Positions 46,296-61,186 of a DNA stretch of 64,000 bases are shown piece by piece (positions within the stretch are counted from its first letter, which is position 1; each line of letters starts with the position of its first letter). Source of the DNA: the human T2T-CHM13v2.0 reference genome, Homo sapiens; the NCBI RefSeq assembly GCF_009914755.1, contig NC_060928.1. One strand, 5' to 3'. The position numbers and the translations under genes were made by a program. Under the pieces are notes generated by a model. The model did not search any database. It saw only the letters and a list, made by a program, of their open reading frames with translations, and was not told the origin of the DNA.

Positions 46296-47961
46296 AATCA
46301 CACAAAACACAATAGCAGCATTATTATGTGACAATATACTCCCAAAATACAGAACTAGTAAGAAATATTATCAATAGACATGGCTTCAAAGAAATAGAAA
46401 TTGTTTTCTAAAATATAGACTTTGGGCAGTAAAGCATTGCAGATTGAGAGAAAACATTCTTTTTCCCAAAGAGAAGACAATTTCCAAATAAGATAGTGTC
46501 CATAATGCTTTGTAACTAGTGGGTGCCTCTTACGCTATCAGCAAACTTAGTTCCAGTTCACCCTCCTCACCTTCCACCCAGAGACTTTAGGGCATGTTGC
46601 TGGGGGTCAACCTTGGAAGATCTCTGCATTTGAAGCAATCTACTGTCTCCCTGGGATGGGCCGCTTTCTCCTTTGAGTGGCCGTAACCCAGCCCAGAGCT
46701 GCTTTCGCAGAGGCAATCAAGCTATGGAAAGCCCTGCTCATTTTGTGTTTTCAGGGTTGCCTTTGTTTATCTCTAATTCTTAAGGGAAAATGCTTCTGTA
46801 GGCTCAATGAGACCGAGTGGAAACCATAGCCAAGTCCTACAGCTTTTGTAGTTTCTGTGCTGGGGAGACTACAGATCTATTTGGAAAAATAGAAACTGCA
46901 TTAGATCAAGCTATAACTTTAATATTTATGAAAAAGCTCTAATTGTTGACTCTCTGCAGCTGAATTCTACATTAAACCCTGTAGACAGGGTTTATAAAAT
47001 ATACATGTACAAGTTCATATAATAAGGATTATTTGATAATGGTAAAAAATTAAATGAGTATTCAAATATAAACATAAAAATATGGCATTTTCTCTTCTAC
47101 TCTAATCCTACAGTGCTATAGTAATTTTTTTTTCCTTCTGAAACCTTTATGGAAACCCTAATTAACGTAAGTCAACTGTTCAACATCTAATATTGTTGAA
47201 AACCTTAAGTAGGAATAAAATTAAGCATTTATATTTAAGTACAGTTGATACTTTAAAAAATTCTTACATAAAATCTTTAATTATGATTTGCTTTGTGTAT
47301 ACTGGCTTCTGCGATCATAAAAGAAATTACTTAACTTTGCCATCTCTAAAAGAAAAGTCCAGAGTTGGCATTGTTTCCAGCTTATTTTTCAAGACAACAA
47401 AAAAGTAATTTTGGAAAATAAGTCATTTTAGAAAATAAAATATAACATTTTTTAGAACCTGGAGTTCTCCAAATAGTTTGTTCTTTCGAGAATATGATTG
47501 AGCTTTCTTTGCCACTCAGGTTCAAAGCACTGGGAAGAAGTGAAAACAATTCAATTATTGGATGCACATTTTTGAAAGGGCCTTACATTGCTAAATTCAG
47601 GAGTTGCCATAATTCTATGTCATGTTGCAAGCAAGCTAAACATCAAGAGAGGTGTTGTAACCAGCTAATAATTATAAATAATGTGTGAATACTGTCTTTT
47701 TTTTCTGATTCCTGTGAGAAATCAGAAGGAACAATTGCAAGGAAATATGAAATCATGTTCTTCAAATTCTTCGACTCTGAAACACAGATAAGAGGACTGC
47801 TGACATGTAGGGACCAATAGAATGACAGCTCGTTGCATACAAAGATAAAAAAGACAGTGAGTGACTTTGGAGTTGTGTTGCCTTCTGCAGCTGAGAGAAT
47901 TTGGACCCAACTGTCAAATGACTATTTTTTTTAGAGGAGTGTAAATGGTGAGTGTGTACGG

Positions 47962-48027
47962 TGAGCTAGTGGTATGGTTCAGAAGGAATCTGCAGATGAG
48001 CTAGTGGTATGGTTCAGAAGGAATCTG
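47962..48027. repeat. Perfect 31-bp direct duplication, period 35
   Basis: tgagctagtggtatggttcagaaggaatctg at 47962 and 47997. Confidence 0.95.
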
Positions 48028-48540
48028 AGCGCTAATAAACACCCACTTTCCCAGTAAGAAATGTAGTGTGCTGTGTATTAGAAAGCTTCATAGACTCCAG
48101 AAAAATTCAAAGAACTAAACATGAATCCTCCTGTCAGTAAGTCCAAGGAAACCTAGACTATTTCATGCAGAAATAGCACATTTATACCGAGTATCACTTA
48201 TCACTTACAGATTATGTTCTCATTCATTGTCTTGTTTTTAATCTTCAAAACAATCTTGAAAAGAAAATCCTTGAGAGTTGAAAGAAATTTAAGTGACTTG
48301 GTAAATTCATATGGAAGATGGTAAAACATTATTGTCAATGTGCTGCGTCTTGCTTAATGAATTTCCTCAAAGTTAAAGACAGTGTCTATAATACTTGTCC
48401 TTTTAAGCTAAGATCATAAAATCAACCAGTAAGATGATAAAATATGTAGCAATGTATCTAAATTTATCAAGCTCTGTAAAACCCTAGGATCAAGCAGTAG
48501 CTTGGAGAGGTCAGAAAGCTCCTCAGCTTGCACCTTCTTA

Positions 48541-48657
48541 AGAAGAGGAGAGGGGAGGGGATGGGAGGAAGGGAAAGAAGAGAGGAGAGGAGAGGGGAGG
48601 GGAAGCGAGGGGAGGGGACGGGAGGAAGAGAGAAAGGAGAGGAGAGGAAAGGAGAGG
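48541..48657. repeat. Polypurine (GGAGA/GGGGA)n tract
   Basis: About 115 bp almost purely A/G. Confidence 0.9.
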
Positions 48658-49119
48658 CTTTAGCATGAAGCCTCTGGATGCTCAGATTCTGCTGGGAATT
48701 TTGGCAGCGTTATGGAAGGTCCATCACAATCTTAAAGAGAGGCTTTCACTATATACCAAGCATGGCTTCGTCTGAACTGGTTCATCTGGACCCGACTCTA
48801 GCCAACTCTAGTGTGTCTCATGGTCTGGTGTGGGCCGAGGGCCTCCAGGCCTCCAGAGCCAGCCCCGTCCACAATTTGGTAATATTCCATTGTTTCCTTA
48901 CAGAGCTCAAGATTGCAAACCCCAAGGTGAGAAATGGAAAAAAGTAATGGGACCTTTAAGCTCTGGCGTTCTATGTTCCTACAGCATAAGCTGGTGGCTT
49001 CTGCGGGTCTCTGCAGCCACCTCAGGGCCTTTCTGCTCTTCTCAAGAGCAAGAGAAGCAGAACTTCTTCTCTTGCACTGGAAATACCTGTGGGGTGTGTG
49101 TGTGTAAGATGGACATTGA

Positions 49120-49500
<381 letters not shown>

Positions 49501-49639
49501 TAATTAAAAGACTAAGTCTTTTTCATAATAGCTTAGAGCTCAATAGAAAATACAAGCAAGAAATGATGAGTACATTCGTGGTTGTTTATGGCTAGAAGAG
49601 GGAGGAGGGATAGAGTGTGACTCCCAATGGGTATGAGAT

Positions 49640-50048
<409 letters not shown>

Positions 50049-50274
50049 TAAGCTAGTTGTTGTGCTTTGTGATATGTAAAGTTCATCTCAATAAAGCTGT
50101 TTTAAACAGAAAGATGATAAGGACTTCTTTTTTTTTTCTGAAGCAAGCCAGGGTAAGGTATTTACAAATTATGCTGTTCTCTTTATCTCTGCAATGACTT
50201 TTAAATCTTGTCCATTCTTTTCATCCATTATGTCTGTGTCATAGTTTGAACCCTCATCCAGTTTTGGTCCAATA

Positions 50275-50638
50275 CAGATGGTCCCCGAGTTATGATGTTT
50301 CAAAATATGATTTTTTGACCTTGTGATGATGAGAAGGTGATAGAAACGGTAGAAACGGTACTTCCAGTACCCACACAACCTTTCTGTTTTTCACTTTCAG
50401 TGCAATGTTAAATAAATTACAGGAGATATTCAGCACTTCATCATAACATAGACTTTGTGTTACCTGATTTTGTCCAGTGGTAGGCTAATGTGAGTGTTCT
50501 GAGCATGTTTAAGGCAGGCTAGGCTAAGGTATGATGTGGTAGGTTAGTGTATGAAATGAATTTTGAACTTAGTGATATTTTCAAGTTATGTGATGGATTT
50601 ATCAGGATGTAACCCCGTTGTAAGTCGAAGAGTGTCTG
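50275..50638. mobile_element. Tigger4b/MER46-type MITE
   Basis: TA|cagatggtccccgagtta ... taagtcgaagagtgtctg|TA terminal inverted repeats. Confidence 0.85.
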
Positions 50639-50754
50639 TAGTTACACAGAAATAATAATATGTGGTTTTGGTTGGTTTCTAGTTGTAAGTTGTAAGGCCT
50701 TTTATGCAGACTGCTGCATTTGACTTTAACATGGTTTTCTTACCCCCGTTCTTT

Positions 50755-51205
50755 CTCAGGCTTTCCTAAAGCACAGTTCTGATCATGTTATATTCTTACT
50801 GAACACTTCACATGGTTCAACATTGTCTACAGGATGAAATGCAAACTTTTTAACTTGATCTATGATTCTGTCTTTTTTGTCTTATTTTTCACATCATGAT
50901 CTTACTAAGCCACAATTCATTTTTGGCATACAAAACATCCTGGCGTTGACTTAAAGTATACTCCACTTTTCCACTTCTCTGCTTTTTGCCCTTCTCCTAA
51001 ATTCAAGCTGTCAACATTTCACCCATTCAGCTCAAATGCTTCCTCCTACATAGTCTTCAATCGCACGCAGCAGAATTACAGCCTTGAAAATTACAAACTT
51101 CTTTGTATTTTAATTACTTGTCTATGTGCTTGCCTTTCTACTCTGCCTATCTATTCAAATTATTGTTCAGTTGAATTTTCAAATTAATATTGTATTGTAA
51201 GCCTC
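50755..51205 (+). mobile_element. L2 fragment
   Basis: tctgatcatgtta, caggatgaaatgcaaactt, cagctcaaatg motifs. Confidence 0.6.
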
Positions 51206-51287
51206 TTTATTTGTAATTATAGAGAAAATAGATTCTTATAGAAACGATGAAGAGCAAAATTCCATCAGAGCCAATACGGACCTTCGG

Positions 51288-51775
51288 TCTACAGGGAAGA
51301 ATAAGTAACAGATTTCCCTCGCCCAGCACAAGATCGATGGCTGAGACCCCAACAACAGAAGACAGACTAACAACAGAAAAACATAGAAATTTATTTAATA
51401 TAAATTTTACATGACACACGAGCCTTCAGAAATGATGCAAATAAACAGGGAGTCTGTATTTTTTGGACGGTTGTGCAAAATTGGACTGGAGGACAAAGGG
51501 AATGGTCTAATGGAAATAGACAGGGGAGGCTGTTCACATTCCTCTTGGTGTCCTCATGTCACGTGCTTTCCTCCCAGATGTAGGACAAGCCAGGATGCTC
51601 TCCCAGGAGGCTCTTCAGGAGAGAGGGGAGGGAGAAGGTCAGAGAGTCACCTTCCCAGGTTTCATGGCTGCTGCAGGGAGAAAGGGCGAGGGGAAGGTGA
51701 GCAAGGCCTTCCTGCTTCTGTTGTTTTCTCAAACGCCCAGGCACCATGTTTTGGGATGGCATGTCCTGAACCTGG
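51288..51775 (-). mobile_element. ERV1 solo LTR, MER31-like
   Basis: atggctgagacccc...agacagactaacaac...aaatttatttaatataa and end ttttgggatggcatgtcctgaacc (recalled consensus). Confidence 0.65.
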
Positions 51776-52087
51776 TCTGGCCTCACCTCACTATAGGCTC
51801 CTGTTTCTTTTCTTTTTTTTTTTTCTGTTTCCGCCTCCCTCCCTCTAAACATTCTAATTTACCCCAAGCTCTCTTCCCCAGAACTCTCGTGTCTGACAGA
51901 GCTCGAATTCTGTCAACCAGGCTGGTCAGCTCCAGACTCTGACTAATGAAATGCACTTGTTATTAACTTATCTCCTTCAGGAGCAACTCTCAATCCATGA
52001 CTGAATTGTACAGATGGAACACAGGAGGGTGAGATGTCTCCTTGCTGGAAACTGCACAGTGTGAAGGCTCTCGGGAATTGCTTTATG

Positions 52088-52177
52088 GAATCAGACTCCT
52101 TCGTTCCTTCGTGTACACCTCCTAGATGCATTTTTACAGAATCAGACTCCTTCATGTACACTTCCTAGGTGCATTTT
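52088..52177. repeat. Imperfect ~45-50-bp direct duplication
   Basis: gaatcagactccttc...tgtacac.tcctag.tgcatttt twice. Confidence 0.85.
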
Positions 52178-52461
52178 CCTGGAGCTCATCTGGAGTCCAG
52201 GCCTCAGCTTCTGTTGTACAATGAGGGATGATAATGGCAGATACTTAGATACTTTTGAGAAGGCCACCTGAGACGTGATTGCCAAAAGCAAGTGAGGATG
52301 ACTGAATGAGAGAACGGTGAATAGCAGTTATTTTAAAATTTATTTTTAACATCCCTACATTTATTGCAACTGATTCTTGTAGGACCACAAAATGTGAAAC
52401 GGATTTCAAACCCTAGCAGTGCACAGGAATCATCCTGTAAAGCCTTTAAAAGTACAGATCT

Positions 52462-52873
<412 letters not shown>

Positions 52874-53099
52874 TCACGTGGGAATTACTGATTCTTCCGT
52901 ACATATTTAGTAACATCTAGAGTATTCTGATCCATGAGAATATTGTCTAGATTTCAGAGCTTCTTTCTGAAATTTACCGAGAATGAAACTCTCCTGAAGA
53001 TAGGCTTTAGATCTCATCCTATGATAGTCTCACAGAAAAGAAGGTAGCTTGATGGAGAGTTTATGGATATTCTACAACAGACCTTAATCCAGGTGGTAT

Positions 53100-53402
<303 letters not shown>

Positions 53403-53451
53403 AATCCAAGTGGTATGTCAAATCTAGCCTAAAGAGCTTTAAACATTTTTC

Positions 53452-53468
53452 ATGCATTTATTTAATAA

Positions 53469-53503
<35 letters not shown>

Positions 53504-53627
53504 TTTGCATACATGTATATGTCTACAAACATATATACATATACACATATACATATATAAATGTGTAAATATATACATATACACACACATATAAATGTGT
53601 GTATATATATTTATTAAATAAATGCAT
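53452..53627. repeat. AT-rich inverted repeat around (TA)/(CA) microsatellite
   Basis: 26-bp arm atgcatttatttaataaatatatata and its exact reverse complement ending at 53627. Confidence 0.9.
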
Positions 53628-53813
53628 TTTTCATCCACTTATTAAAGATATACACACATATACACATATTTGTATATATGTATGTATATATATATAAAAA
53701 TCTGCAATTTTAAAAAACAGCACAACTGGAATAAATGTAGACATATAGTTTATAGTACTTTGTAATTGTAATTAAATACTTTCTTCAGAAAATTGCATTA
53801 AAAATTTTTTTAT

Positions 53814-54191
<378 letters not shown>

Positions 54192-54680
54192 TTACCTTCG
54201 TGTCCACTGCTTTAAAGACAGAACTAACATGAGGAGAGAAATTAGAAAATAATAAAGAAAACGAAATTCATAAATTAAAACATGAAGACATTATATCTGA
54301 AGGGCTCTTAGATTGTATAAGTCAATTTTTCCCTAGAATATGAAATTCTTACCTATGAGAATGAATGTTAATGTACTTTTCAAACTAACTTTCACCTTAC
54401 CTTTAGATGACCTTATTTCATCAGAAAAGAAGTAAAAACCAATTCTTACTCAGAATAGTTTGAACTTACACTTAATTATCATCTATGCTGTTATTTACTA
54501 TAGATTTCATTTAACACAGATTTTTAAATGATTATTATAATTGGTTTCATGGGTGAGTTTATTTTATAATGAGTAAGAGAAAGAAAATGTACCCCTATTT
54601 TATGTCAAATATTTTTATAGTATATAATATCTTCAAATTGTAAATGAATATAGAGATTTAAAAATGTTAATAGCTTCTAA

Positions 54681-55030
<350 letters not shown>

Positions 55031-55446
55031 TCAAGTGAGTAGGAATATATTTTTCTTCAAAGCTCTTGCAAGATTTTCTGCCAATACATGATTTAGAATT
55101 TCATAATCAATATTTATTGTTTAGAAACCCTAAAAGACTGCTTTCATATTTAATTTTTTGTTTCTGTGATTATTAAATTATTTGCCTTTTTAACTAAAAG
55201 AAAAAAGACTTACTCCTTTTTCTTCTAGGTACTACCAAAATGCTTTTCTGGGAAGAACACAATGTACACATCCAAACTGTAATCAGCTATTTTCTCTTGT
55301 GCTTGCGGCTTTTCAGAGCTGGATTATTTGACGAAGTACATGCTGAGGGCTCCATCAGAGCAATAGAGATAGAGATGATAGAGATGGAGAGAGATAGCTA
55401 CCTCTGTCTAGGTGCAGATATAAATGATGTAGATGCAGATATAAGG

Positions 55447-55898
55447 TGTTCCATGAAAGGGCCATAAATGCAAAGTGGTCCCCTCAAATGCAAGGAACCG
55501 AAGAAAGAGGCGGACAAATCCAGTTTGCCCATAAAGGATTTATTCTATTTATTTGTTAGAGAAGTTAAAGACAGAAGTGTGGTCTTGGGCAACCACAAGA
55601 CAGCTAGATCTCTGCACTAAAATCCCCAAGACCCAGAACTTACATCATGCGGAAAAGTATGTGTGTTCTGGAAGAATGTGTAGGTGGCTGAGAGAATGCT
55701 GTGGGCACCACAGTCTATGAGGGACACAGCAACACCAAGGCTGGTTTTGGAGGAAAGGCGAAACTTACAGTAAATAGGTCCTTCTACAAAAAGAGTTTAC
55801 ATCAACTAAATATCTTGGAGGCATTCCGGGGCTCGAGATTCATCAGGAGGCACGTGGTGGATTAGCATCTAAAATGAAGTCACTCTCGTCCCTATACA
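55447..55898 (-). mobile_element. ERV solo LTR (LTR47/MER72-like)
   Basis: TG...CA ends; terminal ggtggattagcatctaaaatgaagtcact resembles the antisense 5' end of this LTR group. Confidence 0.55.
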
Positions 55899-57730
55899 GG
55901 GAATAATTTGATGCTTGATGTCACTAAGGCACCCATCATGAGTAAGATCAGTAATACGGAACTGACGGCATTACATTTGTTCTACAGAGTTATTAATCTA
56001 GATTCAAAATTTGGATAAGAGACAATATCATCTTTTCTGTTCTTAGAGCCTCTCTGAGCCTAATTGGGCCCGAGTTGAGTGTTTCCATTTCAGAAATTGT
56101 GGTGTCAGCATGCTCAACTATAAAATAAACTGGTTCTTTATGCTTTTAGTAAGTCATACCTCTTGCGATTTACTGGAAAAGTAGAAATGCAAAGAGCTCC
56201 TTATGCAACTTAATCAGAAGAACACAAATCAGGGTCTTTTAATGAAGGTTTAAGCTGAGCTTTGACATGCGAATTAGGAGACAATGCAGTAATATCTAGT
56301 ATATCTTAAGTTTTGATATTTGGAAGATGATTGTGAAATAATTTTTCTAGTTTCATTGGCATATCTACTATACTCTAGGCAAGGGGCTGGAATCAACAAG
56401 CAAAAATCAACAAGTTTTGCTCTTGACCATCTCACAGACTTGTGTTTCTTTATTTTTTTCTCTATCAAGCCAAGCTCTATATGAAGGCAATTTTATGATG
56501 TTGCAGATTTTATGATGTTGTGCACTTACTTTAAAGAATAGCCTTTACAGCTCTTGAGTACACTCAATTATATTTCTTATGCCCACTGAAGTTTTTAAGT
56601 ACCTAATAAAAAATAGTGTATCAGAAGAGGTGGCACCGTCAGGAATATTTCACCAGTATTAGGCCAATGAACATTAGCTGTCATGTTTTCAGCATTATGT
56701 GGAGAGCTCTGAGTCAGGTGCACACCTCCAAAAAACCTGGTGTGAATATTTCAGTCTCAGCAATAAAATCACACTTCATGTGTTACGCATAAAGGAAGAT
56801 TTATTACCTTCATATCCTCTTATTAATTTCTTTCTTTCTTACATCAGGTATAATTCCATACCTCAGCCCTTTGGCCTTAAAGAGTAATTTAATCTATTAG
56901 CCCAGAAAACCTTTTAAGTCAATCCTTGACATGGAAGGAAGGCAGATATTTCTTTAAGGGTCTGGTGTACTAGAAGGTCAGTTTCTGTCACAGATCCCAG
57001 GAGCCGTGCAGCTAAAAACAAAACCCTCTGGTGCTCCGTCTTTTCGCCAGTACACGCCTTTAAATAAGAAACAAGACAAAAGAGACAGATCAACGCTCAT
57101 CCCTGGGCTTGAGCCTCAGGAAAATGGTTTTAAGAGAAGACGCCTGTTAGCGCCAGACAAAAGGCAATTAGTGCTCATTCGGGGGACATCACGTGGTGAG
57201 GGCATGTGGACTCCCTTCATCCACAAGCCAAGTACGAAGGGCTATTGCTCTGTTACTAACAGGGATTCATCTTTAATTATTCACATTTGTATTTTTTTCC
57301 CCAGTAGGAAAATAATAATGTTTTTCATCCTTTCCTGCATATATTTATTATTTTTATGTAAATTAAGAGTTACACTACAGAGTTTCTCATGAAGAAAAGG
57401 AAAATACCTAAAAGATAGTTACATTACAAAGAAGAAAACACAAATGTAGCTTCCTGAATTTTTCATGAAAACTCACCCAGAAGGCACTCCATATTTCAGA
57501 AACAAATAGCATGGGGGCCTTAGGACACATAAACAATATAACTGAATAAAAGAAATTTCAGAAGTCTTGTAGTCCTACAAATATTTCTCTTTTTGGAAAA
57601 GATTTATTGAAGCAAATAAAATGATAAAATTATGCATGAATTGAAAAATATAGTGGGATGGAGGAATAGAACATTTGTGATGATTCTTGATAAAGCCACA
57701 CAACATAAGGTATAGAAAGTTTGGTCACCA

Positions 57731-58200
<470 letters not shown>

Positions 58201-58203
58201 TCA

Positions 58204-58674
<471 letters not shown>

Positions 58675-58728
58675 CTATTGGGAACTAAGTGAGGATGATA
58701 GTTGTTAGAGCACATTTTAAAATATATA

Positions 58729-58830
58729 ACCAGCATGGCAGATGTATACATATGTAACTAACCTGCACATTGTGCACGTGTACCCTAAAACTTAAAGTAT
58801 AATAATAAAAAAAAAGAAAAAAAAGAAAAA
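58729..58830 (+). mobile_element. Very short L1PA 3' end (~75 bp plus A tail)
   Basis: accagcatggca.atgtatacatatgtaactaacctgcac...aaaacttaaagtataataat, near reverse complement of 21231-21308. Confidence 0.92.
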
Positions 58831-60501
58831 TTTACCTGCCCTTTAAAAAAAAAATTACAACACTGTCTGAAATAACAGAAAAAAAATATATATATATAAA
58901 CTGATGCAAGAACTTCATAAATGATAATGTCCATTCTTCTTACAGAAATAGTGGAATGGTCAAAATTAAAACTATCATGCAGAATCAAGGGTGAGTTAGG
59001 TTCAAGAAACAAGGGATGTTTACCCTGGTCAGATATTGAAGTCGATCGAAGTGAAGGCTGAGCAAAGGGTTCCAGACTGGTTATTATCAAGTATTTGTAG
59101 TGAAAGTCACTATGCAAGAAGTGAAAGAATGATAGGATTTTGGGAAAGAATCATAACTACTGTTTCACAAGGTTTAGTAGCAAGAAGACAAGACAAATTG
59201 AACCTTGGGAGACTGCCAGCGTGAGGAAAGGCTTTGTCAGGAGACAGAGAAATGAAGGCACGTTTGTGGGCAGAGCAAATGTAAGAAGAAAGGCAGAAAT
59301 ATGGACAATGATTAATTAATGAAATAAGTTTTAAAGAACAGAAAAAAAGGGTTAATATCGAAGTCCAGATAGTGAGTTAAGCACTAAAATAGGAAGGCAA
59401 TATGTCTGTTTTTATCTTTTCTTTGAGACAGTAAAAAAGAATAAGAGGCTGGATATACGGGATGCCTTTGTATAGAGAAGATTTATACAGATTATCTGGG
59501 GTGGTGTTGATACACATGGTCAAATGAAAAAATGGAGATTTCAAACCTGAGAAGGAGAAAATAGATTAGGATATAAGGAGAAGGAGGAAAGTCTTTTAGA
59601 CGATGAAGTCATATCGAATCAGGAGACACATGGTAGTAGAGCTACAGAAATAGGACTGGACAGTAGGGATCTGGAGTGGATTAGTATGAGTTTTCTTATC
59701 CACTTTTCTCCAGCTGTGCTAAAATAGGCTGCTAGCAGTGAAGAAACACCATAATGATCACAGAGTTGGGGTTAATTAGAGTACAGGGATCGAAAGTCCA
59801 ACAGGTAAGAGATTTGAGAGCATCAGTGAGAAGACAATTAAATAAACTTAATATGGCTCTCACAATCTAAGTTAAGGAGAAAAGTGAAGCCAGACAGAGG
59901 TTGATAAATCAGAACTATAAGGCCAGTTCAAGGGAGTAGACCTCACAGTGAGAACAAAGCTCAAGTTAGTTGCTAATAAAGGCACAGAAAAGGTGGAAAG
60001 TAAGATCTATTAAAAAAGAAAATCGTAAAATTCAAAATCAGTAATACTGATCAAGCGCCCATTGTGAGCAAAAGGGTAAGCTTTTATTGATTCAGAATGA
60101 CTAAGAATTGAGATATCTGATGAGTTAAGAATGTTAACTTACAATTAGTGTTTCATATATAATATGTATATAAATATATATAATATTATACATAATATTG
60201 ATGTAATCACTCCTATAGCTAATTAAGTACATGATATTTTGCCAGGTCAACTGTTATGTTTATTAGCAACAGTCACGGGAATATCTGAAATGTTGGAAAT
60301 CCCCTATCCCAATTCAATATTAATGAAAGTAACAGAAAGTTACATCTTTCTGTTATTATATATAGTTACATCTATTCTTATATCTATCTTTCTGTATCAA
60401 ATATTTATCTCCCTATATAGGTATATTTTTAATCTGTATCTTTATACATAAAGTATTCTGGGTAAACTGCACAGACCTTAGCATATTAAATTCTCTTCTT
60501 C

Positions 60502-60805
<304 letters not shown>

Positions 60806-61186
60806 TCACACACTACCATCTTCCCTAACAGGTGTGCTAGGCGCTAGAAGTTTGAAAGACAGAGGGGTGAATTACTTCTGTATTCACTCAGTTGTATAAA
60901 CCATATGTCCTCATCCATTTTCTACTACTATACAGAATACTACAAACTGGATAATTTATAAAGAAAAGAAATTTATTTGGCTTATGTTTCTGGGGGCTGA
61001 GAAGTCCAAGATGATGGCACTAGTATCTGCTTAGCATTTGATTAAGGTGTTCTTACTACCTCACACATGGCAGAAGAGCAAGAGAGAGAGAGAGTGAGAG
61101 TAAGAGAACAGGAGGAGGCAGAACTTCACCTTATTTTCAGGAACCAACTCCCATGATAGCCCAGTTCTGAGATAACAGCGTCAACA

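Noticed and set aside
51411-51942. Overlapping 145-aa and 128-aa ORFs
   Set aside because: They lie largely in a GC-richer LTR remnant; chance ORFs
56620-56638. CTCF-like motif (also ~17156)
   Set aside because: Only the right half (aggtggca) matches; insufficient
57006-57392. 128-aa plus-strand ORF
   Set aside because: Non-ATG start, no recognisable family, low-complexity hydrophobic tail from AT-rich DNA
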